From NCBI GenBank assembly GCA_963664395.2, contig OY761159.2:576001-640000 (forward strand): DNA of 64,000 nt, read 5' to 3'. Under the pieces are notes generated by a model, which saw only the letters and a program-made list of their open reading frames with translations, was not told where the DNA came from and ran no database searches. This DNA comes from Candidatus Binatia bacterium. Its GTDB lineage: Bacteria > Desulfobacterota > Binatia > Bin18. This document shows positions 47,341 to 59,439 of the stretch, piece after piece (positions within the stretch are counted from its first letter, which is position 1; each line of letters starts with the position of its first letter). Made by a program: the position numbers and the translations under genes.

Positions 47341-49582
47341 AGTTTCCTCCTGTCTTTTCTTCTTTGCGGCTTCTCGCCAGCTTCTCGCCGGCTTCTGGCC
47401 AGATCGTATCATGACGCTGACGAAACTCTGCATACTCTATCGCGGCCCGTAGAGCAGCAACCGCTCGATGGGCACTCGGGTAGCAAACGCGGCCGGCTTC
47501 GCGTACGGCAAGGGGGCCGGCATTACCGTACTCCCGATCGGTGTAGACGAGTTCGGTGGTCGTGAGGACCGGTTTCTTATGCTTGCCTGAAGCTTCGGCA
47601 GCGGCTAAGGCATACCGCCGATCTTGTTTTTCATGAAATCCGGCCATGCGGTCCAACCCGTAGTCCGGATAGAATGCACCCGCCTTAAACCCTTGGGCGG
47701 TTGCGGCTTGGATACCCAGGCCAAGATGGAGAACCGCATCAACCTCGGGGTGTGCACATACCAGGTCGAGAATTTCAGGAACAGTATCGCGGGTCTCGCC
47801 ACCCGCCAGATCAATCGGATTATTGCGGCTCCAGCGGGCCGGGACCATACTACTAATCGCCTCTTCGAGCTCTTGGGGCAGAGAGATAAGATTGAGCCCG
47901 GCAGTGGCGCAGGCATCCGCGGTCAGGACACCCCAGCCGCCAACGGTGGTAAAGACAACGACCCGTCTGCCTTGCGGAAGCGGCTGGGTTGCCAGGGTTG
48001 CAGCCCATTCAAAGGCATGTTCAATCGTGGGCGCCCGCAATATGCCAAATTGGCGACACAGCCCGTCAAAGACACGGTCGTCCGTCGCCAGTGAACCAGT
48101 ATGCGATAGCGCAGCCCGCTGTCCCTCTGCCGCAGCGCCGCCTTTCACCACCACCAAAGGCTTCCGCTGTGTGAGACCGCGGACTGCTTCAATAAAATGA
48201 GGGCCGTCAGGCACGCCTTCAAGATAGGCAAGGACAACGTCGGTTTCCGGGTCAACCGCAAAATACTCCAGATAATCGGCAATATTCGTGTGTGCGGAGT
48301 TGCCGGCAGAAACAGCCTTACTCACCCCGACTCCGGTTTGGACGGAGTAGTTCAAGAAGGCCGACAGCAGGTTCCCGCTCTGACTCACGATGGACAGGCG
48401 GCCGGCGGGAGGATACGGAGCCACAATTTGGGCACACATTGAAACCGACGTAGAGATCACGCCTTGGCCATTCGGCCCGGCCAGCAGCATACCAAGCTCC
48501 TGGGCTGTTGTGACGAGTTCGTTTTCCAGTTGTCGGCCGTCCTCGCCGGCCTCCCGGTATCCCCCACTGGCGACAAAAGCGGCCCGAACGCCGACCTTTG
48601 CACAGGAACGCAGCAGTGCGACGTTGGCGGCAACAGGGGTGCACACAAATACGAGGTCAGCCTTATCCGGCGGAATCTCTTCCACAGTCCGGTAGGTTGG
48701 TTGACCAAGAATTTCCGCCCCCTCACGATTCACCGGAAAGACTTCGCCCTGGTATCCGAAGCGTCTGAGATTGTGCAAAGAGACAAACCCGAATTTCCCC
48801 GGATGCGAGGAGGCCCCAGCGACGACAACCCCGCGCGGGTGAAACAGGGGACGAAACCGTTCAAGGATGTCTTCAGGGGTGCGCCGCTGAACAGTGGGGC
48901 TTTTGGGTTGCGTCTTGTTCGTCACGACCAGTGCATCAACCGCAATGGGTTTTCCATTGACAACAATCAGCGGATTCACGTCAACGCTCTCAATGTCAGG
49001 CCGGTCAAGGGCTAAGCGGCCAAGCCCAACCAGGACAGCGGCCAAGGCATCGAGATCAACCGGAGCCTCACCACGAAACGGTTGTGTGAGGAGATGTTGA
49101 GACCGCATCCCCTCGACCATAGCTCTTGCTTGGGTGTGTAAGAGCGGCGCAACGGCAAAGACAACATCTCCGAGCGCTTCGGTCAGAATACCCCCAAGTC
49201 CCAGGAGTACGCACGGGCCGAACTGAGGATCACGGACCATACCGGCGATCAACTCCCGCCTCCCAGAGACCATCTCAGCGACGAGTACACTCACTTCCCC
49301 ATCTTCATCTTGACGCTGCGCCCACAGCGCATGCGCAGCCCGCTCAACAGCCTGTAGCGTATCAAGACCGAGGCGGACGAGGTTACGTTCGGTCTTGTGA
49401 GCGATGCGCGCACCACACAATTTCACGACAACAGGAAAGCCAATCTCAGTTGCCGCACGACCGGCCTCGTACGGGTCCCGGACTATGACTTCTTGAGAAA
49501 TGACACACCCGTATCCGGCAAGAACACGCTTGGATTCATACTCGGACAGGGTCCATGTTTGCGGCTCAGTCGAACGTTTCAT
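47330..49582 (-). CDS. ADP-forming acyl-CoA ligase, ATP-grasp domain N-terminal to the CoA-binding domains
   Basis: GFPVVVK, HKTE, DPQFGP, DVNPL, then GPNGQG, SQSG, SHTGSLA, NPIDL. Confidence 0.9.
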   Translation of the reverse strand: MKRSTEPQTWTLSEYESKRVLAGYGCVISQEVIVRDPYEAGRAATEIGFPVVVKLCGARIAHKTERNLVRLGLDTLQAVERAAHALWAQRQDEDGEVSVLVAEMVSGRRELIAGMVRDPQFGPCVLLGLGGILTEALGDVVFAVAPLLHTQARAMVEGMRSQHLLTQPFRGEAPVDLDALAAVLVGLGRLALDRPDIESVDVNPLIVVNGKPIAVDALVVTNKTQPKSPTVQRRTPEDILERFRPLFHPRGVVVAGASSHPGKFGFVSLHNLRRFGYQGEVFPVNREGAEILGQPTYRTVEEIPPDKADLVFVCTPVAANVALLRSCAKVGVRAAFVASGGYREAGEDGRQLENELVTTAQELGMLLAGPNGQGVISTSVSMCAQIVAPYPPAGRLSIVSQSGNLLSAFLNYSVQTGVGVSKAVSAGNSAHTNIADYLEYFAVDPETDVVLAYLEGVPDGPHFIEAVRGLTQRKPLVVVKGGAAAEGQRAALSHTGSLATDDRVFDGLCRQFGILRAPTIEHAFEWAATLATQPLPQGRRVVVFTTVGGWGVLTADACATAGLNLISLPQELEEAISSMVPARWSRNNPIDLAGGETRDTVPEILDLVCAHPEVDAVLHLGLGIQAATAQGFKAGAFYPDYGLDRMAGFHEKQDRRYALAAAEASGKHKKPVLTTTELVYTDREYGNAGPLAVREAGRVCYPSAHRAVAALRAAIEYAEFRQRHDTIWPEAGEKLARSRKEEKTGGNYET

Positions 49583-49784
49583 AGCGATGCTTTTACCCCT
49601 CTTGATCGGAGCTTGGTCAGACGTATAGCGCGCCTCGACATAATGAACAAAGTGAGCGGGCCTGAAAAGTACGAGATTCTAGCATACCCATGGCTGCTCG
49701 GGCAGACGCCAGCGCCTTGAGGGGTTGCTTTCACACAGGTGAGGCATTAGGTATTGTTGACCTCACGGACTAAAAGGGGACAGC

Positions 49785-50687
49785 GTGAACGCTTCGGTCA
49801 AGCTTATTGAACAAGTTATTCCCTCAACGGTTGCCATTCGAGTGACCGTTCCCGCACAGCACCAATCTGCCCAGTTGTTAGGAACTGAGCGTATGGGGTC
49901 CGGGGCAGTTGTGAGTCCGGACGGCTACATCCTGACCGTCAACTACATTGTTATTGGCGCGTCTCAGATCAGCGTCAGCATGATTGATAACACCCAGCTC
50001 GACGCCGAGGTGGTTGCCCAAGATTTTGCGAGCGGTATTGCGGTGTTAAAAGTATCTCAAACCGGCTTTCCGGCTGTCCCACTGCAACCTTCCACTGGGC
50101 TTCACACAGGAGATGAAGTTTTCCTGGTCGCCAGTGCGGGAGAAGAAAATGGCCGGCGGGTGAATGGCGGCGGACTCACCTCGGTTTCCCATTTTGATGC
50201 CTACTGGGAGTATAGCCTGGAGCGGGCGCTGACGAGCACCGCTATGAATCCAGGCTTAGGCGGCGGCCCCATGTTCGATATGCGTGGTCGCATGGTCGGC
50301 GTCGTCTCCCTCAATCTCAATGAAATTGGAAAGTTTTCCCTGGCGATTCCGGTTGAGCACTTTACTGAACATCAAGATGAACTCCTTCGGTATGGGCGAC
50401 GAGTGACTCGTCCTTCACGCGCCTGGATCGGCATGTATTCGTATACGCTGAAAGAGCACCTCGTCATTGCCGGCTTATTACCCGATGGCCCAGGTGCCAA
50501 AGCGGGCTTGAAAGCCAGCGATGTGATCCTCGCAATCGACGAGAAAGAAACAGCGAACCGCCACGGCTTTTATGAGCAGCTCTGGAGTCGGCCCGCTGGC
50601 GAGACCGTCTTGTTTCGTATCTTTCGGAATAATACAGTCCAGAGTATCCCGGTTGTTTCCGGCAACGTTGAGGAGTTTTTCGGCTAA
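49785..50687 (+). CDS. S1C (HtrA-like) protease-fold protein with PDZ domain
   Basis: GSGAVV...ILTVNY, MNPGLGGGP (catalytic His and Ser appear substituted), C-terminal PDZ. Confidence 0.8.
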   Translation: MNASVKLIEQVIPSTVAIRVTVPAQHQSAQLLGTERMGSGAVVSPDGYILTVNYIVIGASQISVSMIDNTQLDAEVVAQDFASGIAVLKVSQTGFPAVPLQPSTGLHTGDEVFLVASAGEENGRRVNGGGLTSVSHFDAYWEYSLERALTSTAMNPGLGGGPMFDMRGRMVGVVSLNLNEIGKFSLAIPVEHFTEHQDELLRYGRRVTRPSRAWIGMYSYTLKEHLVIAGLLPDGPGAKAGLKASDVILAIDEKETANRHGFYEQLWSRPAGETVLFRIFRNNTVQSIPVVSGNVEEFFG

Positions 50688-50813
50688 CAGTTGCTCCGCT
50701 CAGTAGCAAAGCTCCCGCCTGACCTCAGGGTGTCCTCTTCCCTTTTGATGCCCCCCTCTCACTCTTCCTTCTTCCTGGCCGCGCGTCTGATATACTCTCC
50801 ACAGGGAGGCAGT

Positions 50814-52469
50814 ATGGAAGCGCATATGCAACTCGGAAATTATCTTGTCGCTTATTTGCGCAAGATGGGTCTGACCCACCTGTTTGGCATCCCCGGTGAT
50901 TTGGTCATTCAGCTTTTCATGAAATTCGGCCAACCCCAGGATATACAAGTCATTACGTCTTCACATGAGCCGGGTGCCGGCTTCGCCGTCGATGGGTATG
51001 CGCGGGCCACCGGGAAAATCGGCGTCCTGTGTGTGACCTACGGGGCCGGGGGGCACAACGTCGTGAATACCGTTGCCGGCTCATATGCCGAGCGGGTGCC
51101 GGTTCTGGTCATCAGCGGTGGTCCGGGTGAGGAGAAGCGTAAACTCGGGGTATTAATCCATCACCAGGCCAGAGAGATTGAGTCTCAGTTCCATATTTTT
51201 CAGGAAATTACCTGCGCCGCGAAAATTATTGACGATCCACGGACTGCGGCAACCGATATTGACGAGGTTGTCCAGGATATCTGGCGGCACCAGCAACCGG
51301 GCTATATTGAGATCCATCAGGATATGGTTGAGCAGGAGGTCAGCCTCCCTGCACGGATTAGAGAGTGGGACGGCAGCTTTTCTCGAACCCCGTCCGACAC
51401 TCAAAAGGTTGAGGAAGCGGTCCGGGAGACAACCCTACGTCTCAACCAAGCCCACAAACCCGCCGTTATCATTGGTATTGAAACATTTCGACATCATCTC
51501 ACCACAGATATCATTACCCTGGTCGAAAAGATCGGCGGCCCCTGCCTGACGACCGTTCTGGCAAAGGGCGCCTTCCCCATGGATCATCCCCAATATATGG
51601 GCGTTCATATTGGGGCCATCTCGCCGGCACCCATCCGTCAACGGATTGAGGAATCCGACCTGGTGCTCCACCTGGGCTCCCTGCTGACCGATATGAATCT
51701 GGGCTCACAGCCACAATATATCGACCGTCACCACTCAATCTGGGCAGCGGAGAATAAGGTGCACGTCAGCTTTCATACCTATACCGATGTCACACTCCAG
51801 GATTACGTCCAGTCTTTGCTGCGGGCTCCGCTGACACTGCATCGGGAAGAGATTGCCTATTACGACAATCTCGCTCCACAACCGCCCGGAGATAATCGGG
51901 CGCTCCAGGTCTCCGATATGTTATGGGAAGTCAATAAGTTCCTGGATGGTCGCAAAGGCTATATGGTTGTAGCCGAAGCCGGCGACATGCTGTTCGCCGG
52001 GTTGGATATTAAAATTGGCCAACGCGGCGGCTACCTCGCTCAAGGATATTACGCCTCAATGGGCTTTGGCGTCCCCGGTGCACTCGGCGCTCAATTGGGA
52101 ACGGGTCAGCGTCCAATTGTGTTGTGCGGAGACGGGGCCTTTCAAATGACGGGCTCAGAGATTTCGCATGCGCCCCGTCACAAACTCAATCCCATCGTCC
52201 TGGTCATGAATAACGGTGGTTGGGGCATTTTTCGGCCGGTTTCCGAGCGGCAGGATTTGCTCACCATTCCCCCCTGGCCCTATGCCACACTCGCCAAAGA
52301 GTGGGGCGGCAAGGGGTTACAGGCCGCTACCGTCCAGGAGCTGCGCCAGGCATTATTGGAAGCCGACCGGACCTCGTCTTTTGTCATCATTGAGGTTATG
52401 GTGTCGCCGCGTGACTTATCGCCAGTCACAGAAAAGTATATCAAGGCCTCAGTTGGCAGCAGCCAATAA
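50814..52469 (+). CDS. ipdC: ThDP-dependent indolepyruvate/phenylpyruvate decarboxylase family
   Basis: FGIPGD, HEPGAGF, YYASMGF, GDGAFQMTG...NN. Confidence 0.8.
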   Translation: MEAHMQLGNYLVAYLRKMGLTHLFGIPGDLVIQLFMKFGQPQDIQVITSSHEPGAGFAVDGYARATGKIGVLCVTYGAGGHNVVNTVAGSYAERVPVLVISGGPGEEKRKLGVLIHHQAREIESQFHIFQEITCAAKIIDDPRTAATDIDEVVQDIWRHQQPGYIEIHQDMVEQEVSLPARIREWDGSFSRTPSDTQKVEEAVRETTLRLNQAHKPAVIIGIETFRHHLTTDIITLVEKIGGPCLTTVLAKGAFPMDHPQYMGVHIGAISPAPIRQRIEESDLVLHLGSLLTDMNLGSQPQYIDRHHSIWAAENKVHVSFHTYTDVTLQDYVQSLLRAPLTLHREEIAYYDNLAPQPPGDNRALQVSDMLWEVNKFLDGRKGYMVVAEAGDMLFAGLDIKIGQRGGYLAQGYYASMGFGVPGALGAQLGTGQRPIVLCGDGAFQMTGSEISHAPRHKLNPIVLVMNNGGWGIFRPVSERQDLLTIPPWPYATLAKEWGGKGLQAATVQELRQALLEADRTSSFVIIEVMVSPRDLSPVTEKYIKASVGSSQ

Positions 52470-52502
52470 AAAACCATTTGCAGGCAAGAGAGGAGAGAAC
52501 GC

Positions 52503-53156
52503 GTGAAGATTGCCATTTTGGGAGGAACTGGAGAACAAGGTCCTGGCCTGGCCCTGCGCTGGGCACTCGCCGGAGAAGAGGTCATTATCGGTTCACGCCA
52601 ACAGGAAAAAGGAGAACGCGTGGCGGCCGAGCTCAATCAGGAAATCGGTCGGGACCTCCTGCGCGGAACAGATAATGTCACGGCCGCCGCAGAAGCCGAG
52701 GTGGTGTTTATCACCGTGCCGTACTCCGCCCACGTCAAGACGATAGAGTCGGTGAAAGATCAACTCAAAGGGAAAATCTTTGTGGACGTGTCGGTTCCGC
52801 TCGACCCGGATAACGCCCGGCGGGTGCTCATGCCGGAAGCGGGCTCCGCAACAGAAGAGGCGAAACAAATCCTGGGCGACGATGTCCAGGTCGTGTGCGC
52901 GCTCCAGAACATCTCCGCTCACCTCTTACGGGATGTGAACGCCCAGATTGACTGTGATGTATTGGTCTGTGGGGATAAAGACGCCAGACCAACGGTGATT
53001 GAGTTGGTGGAGAAGCTGGGCATTCGCACGGTTGACGTTGGTCCGCTGGCCGCCGCCAGTTTGATAGAGCCGATTACCGCCCTGCTCATTCGCTTGAATA
53101 TCCGAAATAAAGTGCATTCCGCCGGGATTCGGATCACCGGGCTGTCCGAAAGTTAG
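52503..53156 (+). CDS. npdG: NADPH-dependent F420 reductase
   Basis: GGTGEQGPGLALRWA, IIGSR, DVSVPL, QNISA, GIRITG. Confidence 0.9.
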   Translation: MKIAILGGTGEQGPGLALRWALAGEEVIIGSRQQEKGERVAAELNQEIGRDLLRGTDNVTAAAEAEVVFITVPYSAHVKTIESVKDQLKGKIFVDVSVPLDPDNARRVLMPEAGSATEEAKQILGDDVQVVCALQNISAHLLRDVNAQIDCDVLVCGDKDARPTVIELVEKLGIRTVDVGPLAAASLIEPITALLIRLNIRNKVHSAGIRITGLSES

Positions 53157-53184
53157 ACCCGTCCGATTTCCCCGCGCCAGCAAT

Positions 53185-53216
53185 AAAAAAGGCCCTACTT
53201 TTGTAGGGCCTTTTTT
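53185..53216. terminator. Bidirectional rho-independent terminator
   Basis: AAAAAA-GGCCCTAC-TTTT-GTAGGGCC-TTTTTT between convergent npdG and groEL. Confidence 0.92.
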
Positions 53217-53240
53217 GATGAGTACTCGGTATAAGGGGGA

Positions 53241-55209
<1,969 letters not shown>

Positions 55210-55291
55210 ACCTCGTCTCCTTTCTCTCAGACGTGTTTCCTTACTGTGAATTTTCTCTATGGGGGGGATTTTCCCCACCCAGGGTGGAGGG

Positions 55292-55319
55292 AAAATAATC
55301 ACTCTTTTTGTGTTGTCAA
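55292..55319 (-). promoter_or_regulatory. Possible sigma70 promoter of groESL
   Basis: TTGACA-N16-TATTTT on the minus strand. Confidence 0.4.
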
Positions 55320-55329
55320 CTGTCGGCGT

Positions 55330-55599
55330 TCAAAATTTTCGCTTTCGCGCCTCTTCTTCAAAATACCGGCGGTAGAGAATATCCCATTCCGTACTTCCTG
55401 GGACGACTTTTCTCGACAGAGAACGAATCTTTCGCCGGACCACAGCATCAATAGCGCCGCCCTGCTGAAAGTAGGAACTCAATATCCTTTTACTCTCGAC
55501 CAGCGCTCCTCTTTCATTGACAATCTTACCTTCCACTGCGATAGCCCGTAAGGCCGAACGAGCAAGGGCGGTGATGCGGCTGTCTGACAGGTCACTCAT
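55330..55599 (-). CDS. DUF507 family protein
   Basis: VRRKIRSLSRKVVPGSTEWDILYRRYFEEE. Confidence 0.8.
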   Translation of the reverse strand: MSDLSDSRITALARSALRAIAVEGKIVNERGALVESKRILSSYFQQGGAIDAVVRRKIRSLSRKVVPGSTEWDILYRRYFEEEARKRKF

Positions 55600-55871
55600 A
55601 GCGCAAAATCTTTCTCTTCCGCTAACCGGCGCTTAATGAGCTGTACGACCTTATATCGATCAACCGTTGGCGATTTCTGGATGTGCTCTTCAGCTAAGCG
55701 TTCGGCTTCCTTTTCAAGAGCAGCCTCTTGACGGAAGTTCGCGAGTAGCGCGGTGGCAACCTTGTTCGCAGCTTTAGCTGGTTCCCCATTCAGACGGACT
55801 GCACCCTTCGTGCACAGCGCCTCCACGAGAACCTGGCCAACATGGCGACAGAGTGCTTCTGGGTCTTGCAT
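55596..55871 (-). CDS. DUF507-like protein
   Basis: EAALEKEAERL...IKRRLAEEKDFAL; overlaps the partner start by 4 nt. Confidence 0.7.
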   Translation of the reverse strand: MQDPEALCRHVGQVLVEALCTKGAVRLNGEPAKAANKVATALLANFRQEAALEKEAERLAEEHIQKSPTVDRYKVVQLIKRRLAEEKDFAL

Positions 55872-55952
55872 GCCAGGACACCATAGCTGGCACCCTCGTT
55901 GTTTAGCAACCCCGTCTTGACAAGGAAAACAAGGTTTGAGATGGGACCTTAA

Positions 55953-57173
55953 GTGACTTGCCAAAGACCCGCACCAGACCAGTCCCCCGCAGCTTTTCCC
56001 TCAAGCTATTGGGAGCATATTGCCACGTATCTCGAAGAAGGCTTAGCCATCATCGATAACCGGCGCAATATCGTATTCTTTAACGCAGCGGCGGAATCCC
56101 TCACCAGTGCTGCTCAAACGCAAGTCCGGGGGGTTTCGTATGAGCAGGTTTTTGACGAGAATCCCTGGATTATTACCCTCATCCGACGGGCGCAGGAATC
56201 TGGATATAGCCGAACGGCAGAAGAGGGAGAGCTACGAGACCGTTTTCGCCGAGTCGTACCAGTCCGGGTCACCTGTTCTCCTATTTTCGACCAGGACGAC
56301 TTCCCCCTTGGGCTTGTCCTGGCCCTGCATAATTTGAGCCATCAGAAAGAACTGGCAGAGGAGCAACAGCGGGATGACCGACTGACCTCTCTTGGCGTCG
56401 TTGCCGCAGGACTCGCGCATGAAATCAAGAATCCACTGGCAGGCATCCGTGGCGCAGCTCAATTACTCCAGTCTCGCGTCCAGACCGACCAGTCTGCGGT
56501 CAAATATACTACCATCATGATCCACGAGATTGACCGCCTCAACGCACTTCTTGAGCAGCTGCTTGAGTTATCGGCGCGTCCCCCATTTGATCCACAGCCC
56601 GTCAATATCCATAAGACCATCACCGATGTCTTACTACTTGAACAAGAAGCGGCCTCCAAAGGGACAGCCGTCCAGACTCACTTTGACCCGAGTTTGCCTC
56701 CAGTATTCGGCGATGAAGCTCGACTCTCCCAAGTCTTTCGCAACCTGATCAAAAACAGTCTGCAGGCCTTACGTGGGCGACGGGGTGGGATTCTCAGCAT
56801 TGCAACAAAAATGGCGACGGACTTTCATCTTTTGCGCTCGCCTGTCGGTCGGACAGCCCCTCTTCAGCCAGGGAGCGTTTCTACCGCTGCTACAACGCGG
56901 CTCCCGTACGCTCCGGAAAGACAGCCCCTCCACGACAAACACGACTGGGGTCGTTTTCTGTGCATTGTTTTTGCTGACAACGGGCCAGGGATTACACCGG
57001 ATCATCTCCCACAATTATTCACCCCGTTTTTTACGACCAAGAGCCAGGGAACAGGTTTGGGTTTGCCTGTCAGCCAACAGATTATTGCTCAACACGGAGG
57101 GACAATTCGGGTAGAAAGCAGCCTCGGTCAAGGGGCTTGCTTCCGCGTGTATTTACCCGTCCCACCAGCATAG
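55953..57173 (+). CDS. ntrB: PAS sensor histidine kinase, NtrB-like
   Basis: AHEIKNPLAGIRGAAQLL, DNGPG, PFFTTK, GTGLGL. Confidence 0.85.
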   Translation: MTCQRPAPDQSPAAFPSSYWEHIATYLEEGLAIIDNRRNIVFFNAAAESLTSAAQTQVRGVSYEQVFDENPWIITLIRRAQESGYSRTAEEGELRDRFRRVVPVRVTCSPIFDQDDFPLGLVLALHNLSHQKELAEEQQRDDRLTSLGVVAAGLAHEIKNPLAGIRGAAQLLQSRVQTDQSAVKYTTIMIHEIDRLNALLEQLLELSARPPFDPQPVNIHKTITDVLLLEQEAASKGTAVQTHFDPSLPPVFGDEARLSQVFRNLIKNSLQALRGRRGGILSIATKMATDFHLLRSPVGRTAPLQPGSVSTAATTRLPYAPERQPLHDKHDWGRFLCIVFADNGPGITPDHLPQLFTPFFTTKSQGTGLGLPVSQQIIAQHGGTIRVESSLGQGACFRVYLPVPPA

Positions 57174-57179
57174 GATGCT

Positions 57180-58607
57180 ATGGTGAACGGAACTATTCTC
57201 ATTGCGGATGATGAAGAGCTTATCCGCCAGGTACTCTGTGATGCGCTCACCGAGCAGGGCTATCACGTCAAAGCAGTAGAAACAGGAACTCAAGCCTGGT
57301 CAGCATTGCAAGAACAGTCGTTCGATCTTGCCTTTGTCGATATTCGCATGCCAGAGCTCAGCGGTTTAGACCTCTTACATAAGACTCAGGCCGCTCAGAT
57401 CGATCTCCCGATCATCATTATGACCGGTCAAACCACGCTGACCAATGCTATTGAGGCGATGAAACGTGGGGCGTTTGACTATTTGCCAAAACCGTTTGAC
57501 CTTGATGATGTCCACGCTTTGGTCTCTCATGTCATGGAAGCCAAACGGCTCACGGTCGATACTGACCACCCACTGCCGGCTATCCAGGGGCGCGATGAGC
57601 AAATCATCGGCAGCGGCGCGGCCATGCAGCAGGTGTATAAAACAATCGGTCGTATCGTCCGAAGCGACGCAACCGTGCTCCTCCAGGGAGAAAGCGGGAC
57701 AGGCAAAGACCTCGTGGCAAAGGTGATTCACCATTACTCAGCCCGCTGGCGTGCGCCCTTTATCGGGATTAATTGTTCGGCTATTCCGCTCGATTTACTC
57801 GAAAGCGAATTGTTCGGCCACGAACGTGGGGCATTCACAGGTGCGGTCGAGCGGCATGCCGGGAAGTTTGAACAGGCTGCCGGCGGGACACTCTTCCTGG
57901 ATGAAATCGGGGACATGCCGCTATCGCTTCAGGCAAAACTGCTCCGCGTCCTCCAGGAGCGTGAATTTACTCGTGTAGGCGGAAGCCAGGCCCTCCGGGC
58001 AGACGTCCGTATCATCGCGGCTACGAATCAGGACCTTACGACAGCAGTAAAAGAAAAACGTTTTCGGGAAGATTTGTATTTTCGTCTTCGAGTCGTGCCC
58101 GTCACCCTCCCCCCACTGCGCCAACGGCGCGAAGATATTCCTGAGCTCACAACCTACTTTCTCGATAACATTACGAAGGAGGTGGGGACCTCGGCGACAG
58201 GGATTACCCCTGAAGCGCAGACTCTCCTCACCAATTACTCCTGGCCGGGGAATGTGCGAGAGTTGGGAAATACACTCCTCCGAGCCGCGGTCCTCAGCCC
58301 AGGCCCGTTACTGACGCCGGCAGACCTCTCACTCCCGCAGACAAGAATTCCGCTTCCAGCTGATCTGGCAGAACTCTCGTTCGAGGAAATAGTCCAGCGT
58401 CAACTCACGACGTATCTTCAGCAACCCGCTCTCCTCGAGGCCGGAGACCTCCACGCTGTGATCATTAGCCAGGTTGAAAAACCCCTGATCGAACTAGTCC
58501 TGGACCATACCCGAGGAAATCAACTCAAAGCCGCAGAACTCCTGGGAATTAATCGTAATACGTTACGAAAGAAAATGACGGATCTCAAAATAGCTGTCAA
58601 AAAGTGA
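57180..58607 (+). CDS. ntrC: Sigma54-dependent response regulator, NtrC-like
   Basis: Receiver domain, [33 protein letters not shown]. Confidence 0.88.
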   Translation: MVNGTILIADDEELIRQVLCDALTEQGYHVKAVETGTQAWSALQEQSFDLAFVDIRMPELSGLDLLHKTQAAQIDLPIIIMTGQTTLTNAIEAMKRGAFDYLPKPFDLDDVHALVSHVMEAKRLTVDTDHPLPAIQGRDEQIIGSGAAMQQVYKTIGRIVRSDATVLLQGESGTGKDLVAKVIHHYSARWRAPFIGINCSAIPLDLLESELFGHERGAFTGAVERHAGKFEQAAGGTLFLDEIGDMPLSLQAKLLRVLQEREFTRVGGSQALRADVRIIAATNQDLTTAVKEKRFREDLYFRLRVVPVTLPPLRQRREDIPELTTYFLDNITKEVGTSATGITPEAQTLLTNYSWPGNVRELGNTLLRAAVLSPGPLLTPADLSLPQTRIPLPADLAELSFEEIVQRQLTTYLQQPALLEAGDLHAVIISQVEKPLIELVLDHTRGNQLKAAELLGINRNTLRKKMTDLKIAVKK

Positions 58608-58625
58608 GCGTCGACCAACGTGGGT

Positions 58626-59261
58626 ATGCCTTTTTCCTTCCCCAGTCCGTTCTACGCCGTGGCGGATACATTGAATCAGCCGGATGTGTCCTTCCAGAGA
58701 CTCACCCACCAACTGTGCGCTGGAGGCGTACGTCTCCTTCAGCTTCGCGTCAAACAGCGTCCGACGCGATCTTTTGTCTCACTTGCCACAGAAGTCAAAC
58801 AGATTTGCCGCCGCTATCAGTGCACATTCATCCTTAATGATCGGGTGGATATTGCCCTGGCTGTTGAGGCAGATGGCGTCCATGTTGGCCAGGAGGACCT
58901 TCCACTGCTTGCTGCGCGAAGAATTCTCGGACCGGATAAAATTATCGGAGTCTCAACCCACACCCTTCAGCAAGCGTTGACCGCAGAACAAGAGGGCGCT
59001 GATTATATTGGATTCGGGCCGTTGTTCGGGACAACGACAAAGGCGACCGGCTATACCGCCCGCGGCCTGGAGCAGCTTCAGGAGATGCGTAAGCAGGTCC
59101 GTATTCCTATTGTTGCGATTGGCGGGATTACGGCTGAACGTGCGCCGTCTGCACTCCAGGCTGGCGCAGACGCCGTCGCTACGATCAGCGATATTATTCT
59201 CGCACCCGACATCAAACACCGGGTCACAACACTCCTTCGGCAGCTTATGGAAAGGGACTAA
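58626..59261 (+). CDS. thiE: Thiamine-phosphate synthase
   Basis: QLRVK, LNDRVD, GVHVGQEDL, GVSTH, VAIGGI; stop codon lies inside the IS inverted repeat. Confidence 0.93.
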   Translation: MPFSFPSPFYAVADTLNQPDVSFQRLTHQLCAGGVRLLQLRVKQRPTRSFVSLATEVKQICRRYQCTFILNDRVDIALAVEADGVHVGQEDLPLLAARRILGPDKIIGVSTHTLQQALTAEQEGADYIGFGPLFGTTTKATGYTARGLEQLQEMRKQVRIPIVAIGGITAERAPSALQAGADAVATISDIILAPDIKHRVTTLLRQLMERD

Positions 59262-59291
59262 TATACTTGACACAACTACAACAAACAGCCC

Positions 59292-59420
59292 CTACCCCTC
59301 TTCCTGCTCAGCGTCTTCCTCGTGCTGCTGTTCAGTATCAGACTGAGGAGCATCTTGAAGTGGGACATTTAGACCGGCCCGTAAGAGGTCGTCAAAGGTC
59401 AACTCATTCATCTTTGGCAT
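59292..59420 (-). CDS. Small acidic peptide at the IS right end
   Basis: AAGGAGG RBS; MPKMNELTFDDLLRAGL...; 42 aa. Confidence 0.45.
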   Translation of the reverse strand: MPKMNELTFDDLLRAGLNVPLQDAPQSDTEQQHEEDAEQEEG

Positions 59421-59439
59421 GGGCGGTTCCTCCTTCTTG

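Noticed and set aside
47330-49582. Swapped domain order in the acyl-CoA ligase as a novelty
   Set aside because: Domain shuffling is well known in the NDP-forming acyl-CoA synthetase superfamily.
55888-55902. Sigma54 promoter before ntrB (TGGCAC-N5-TTGT)
   Set aside because: The invariant -12 GC is missing.
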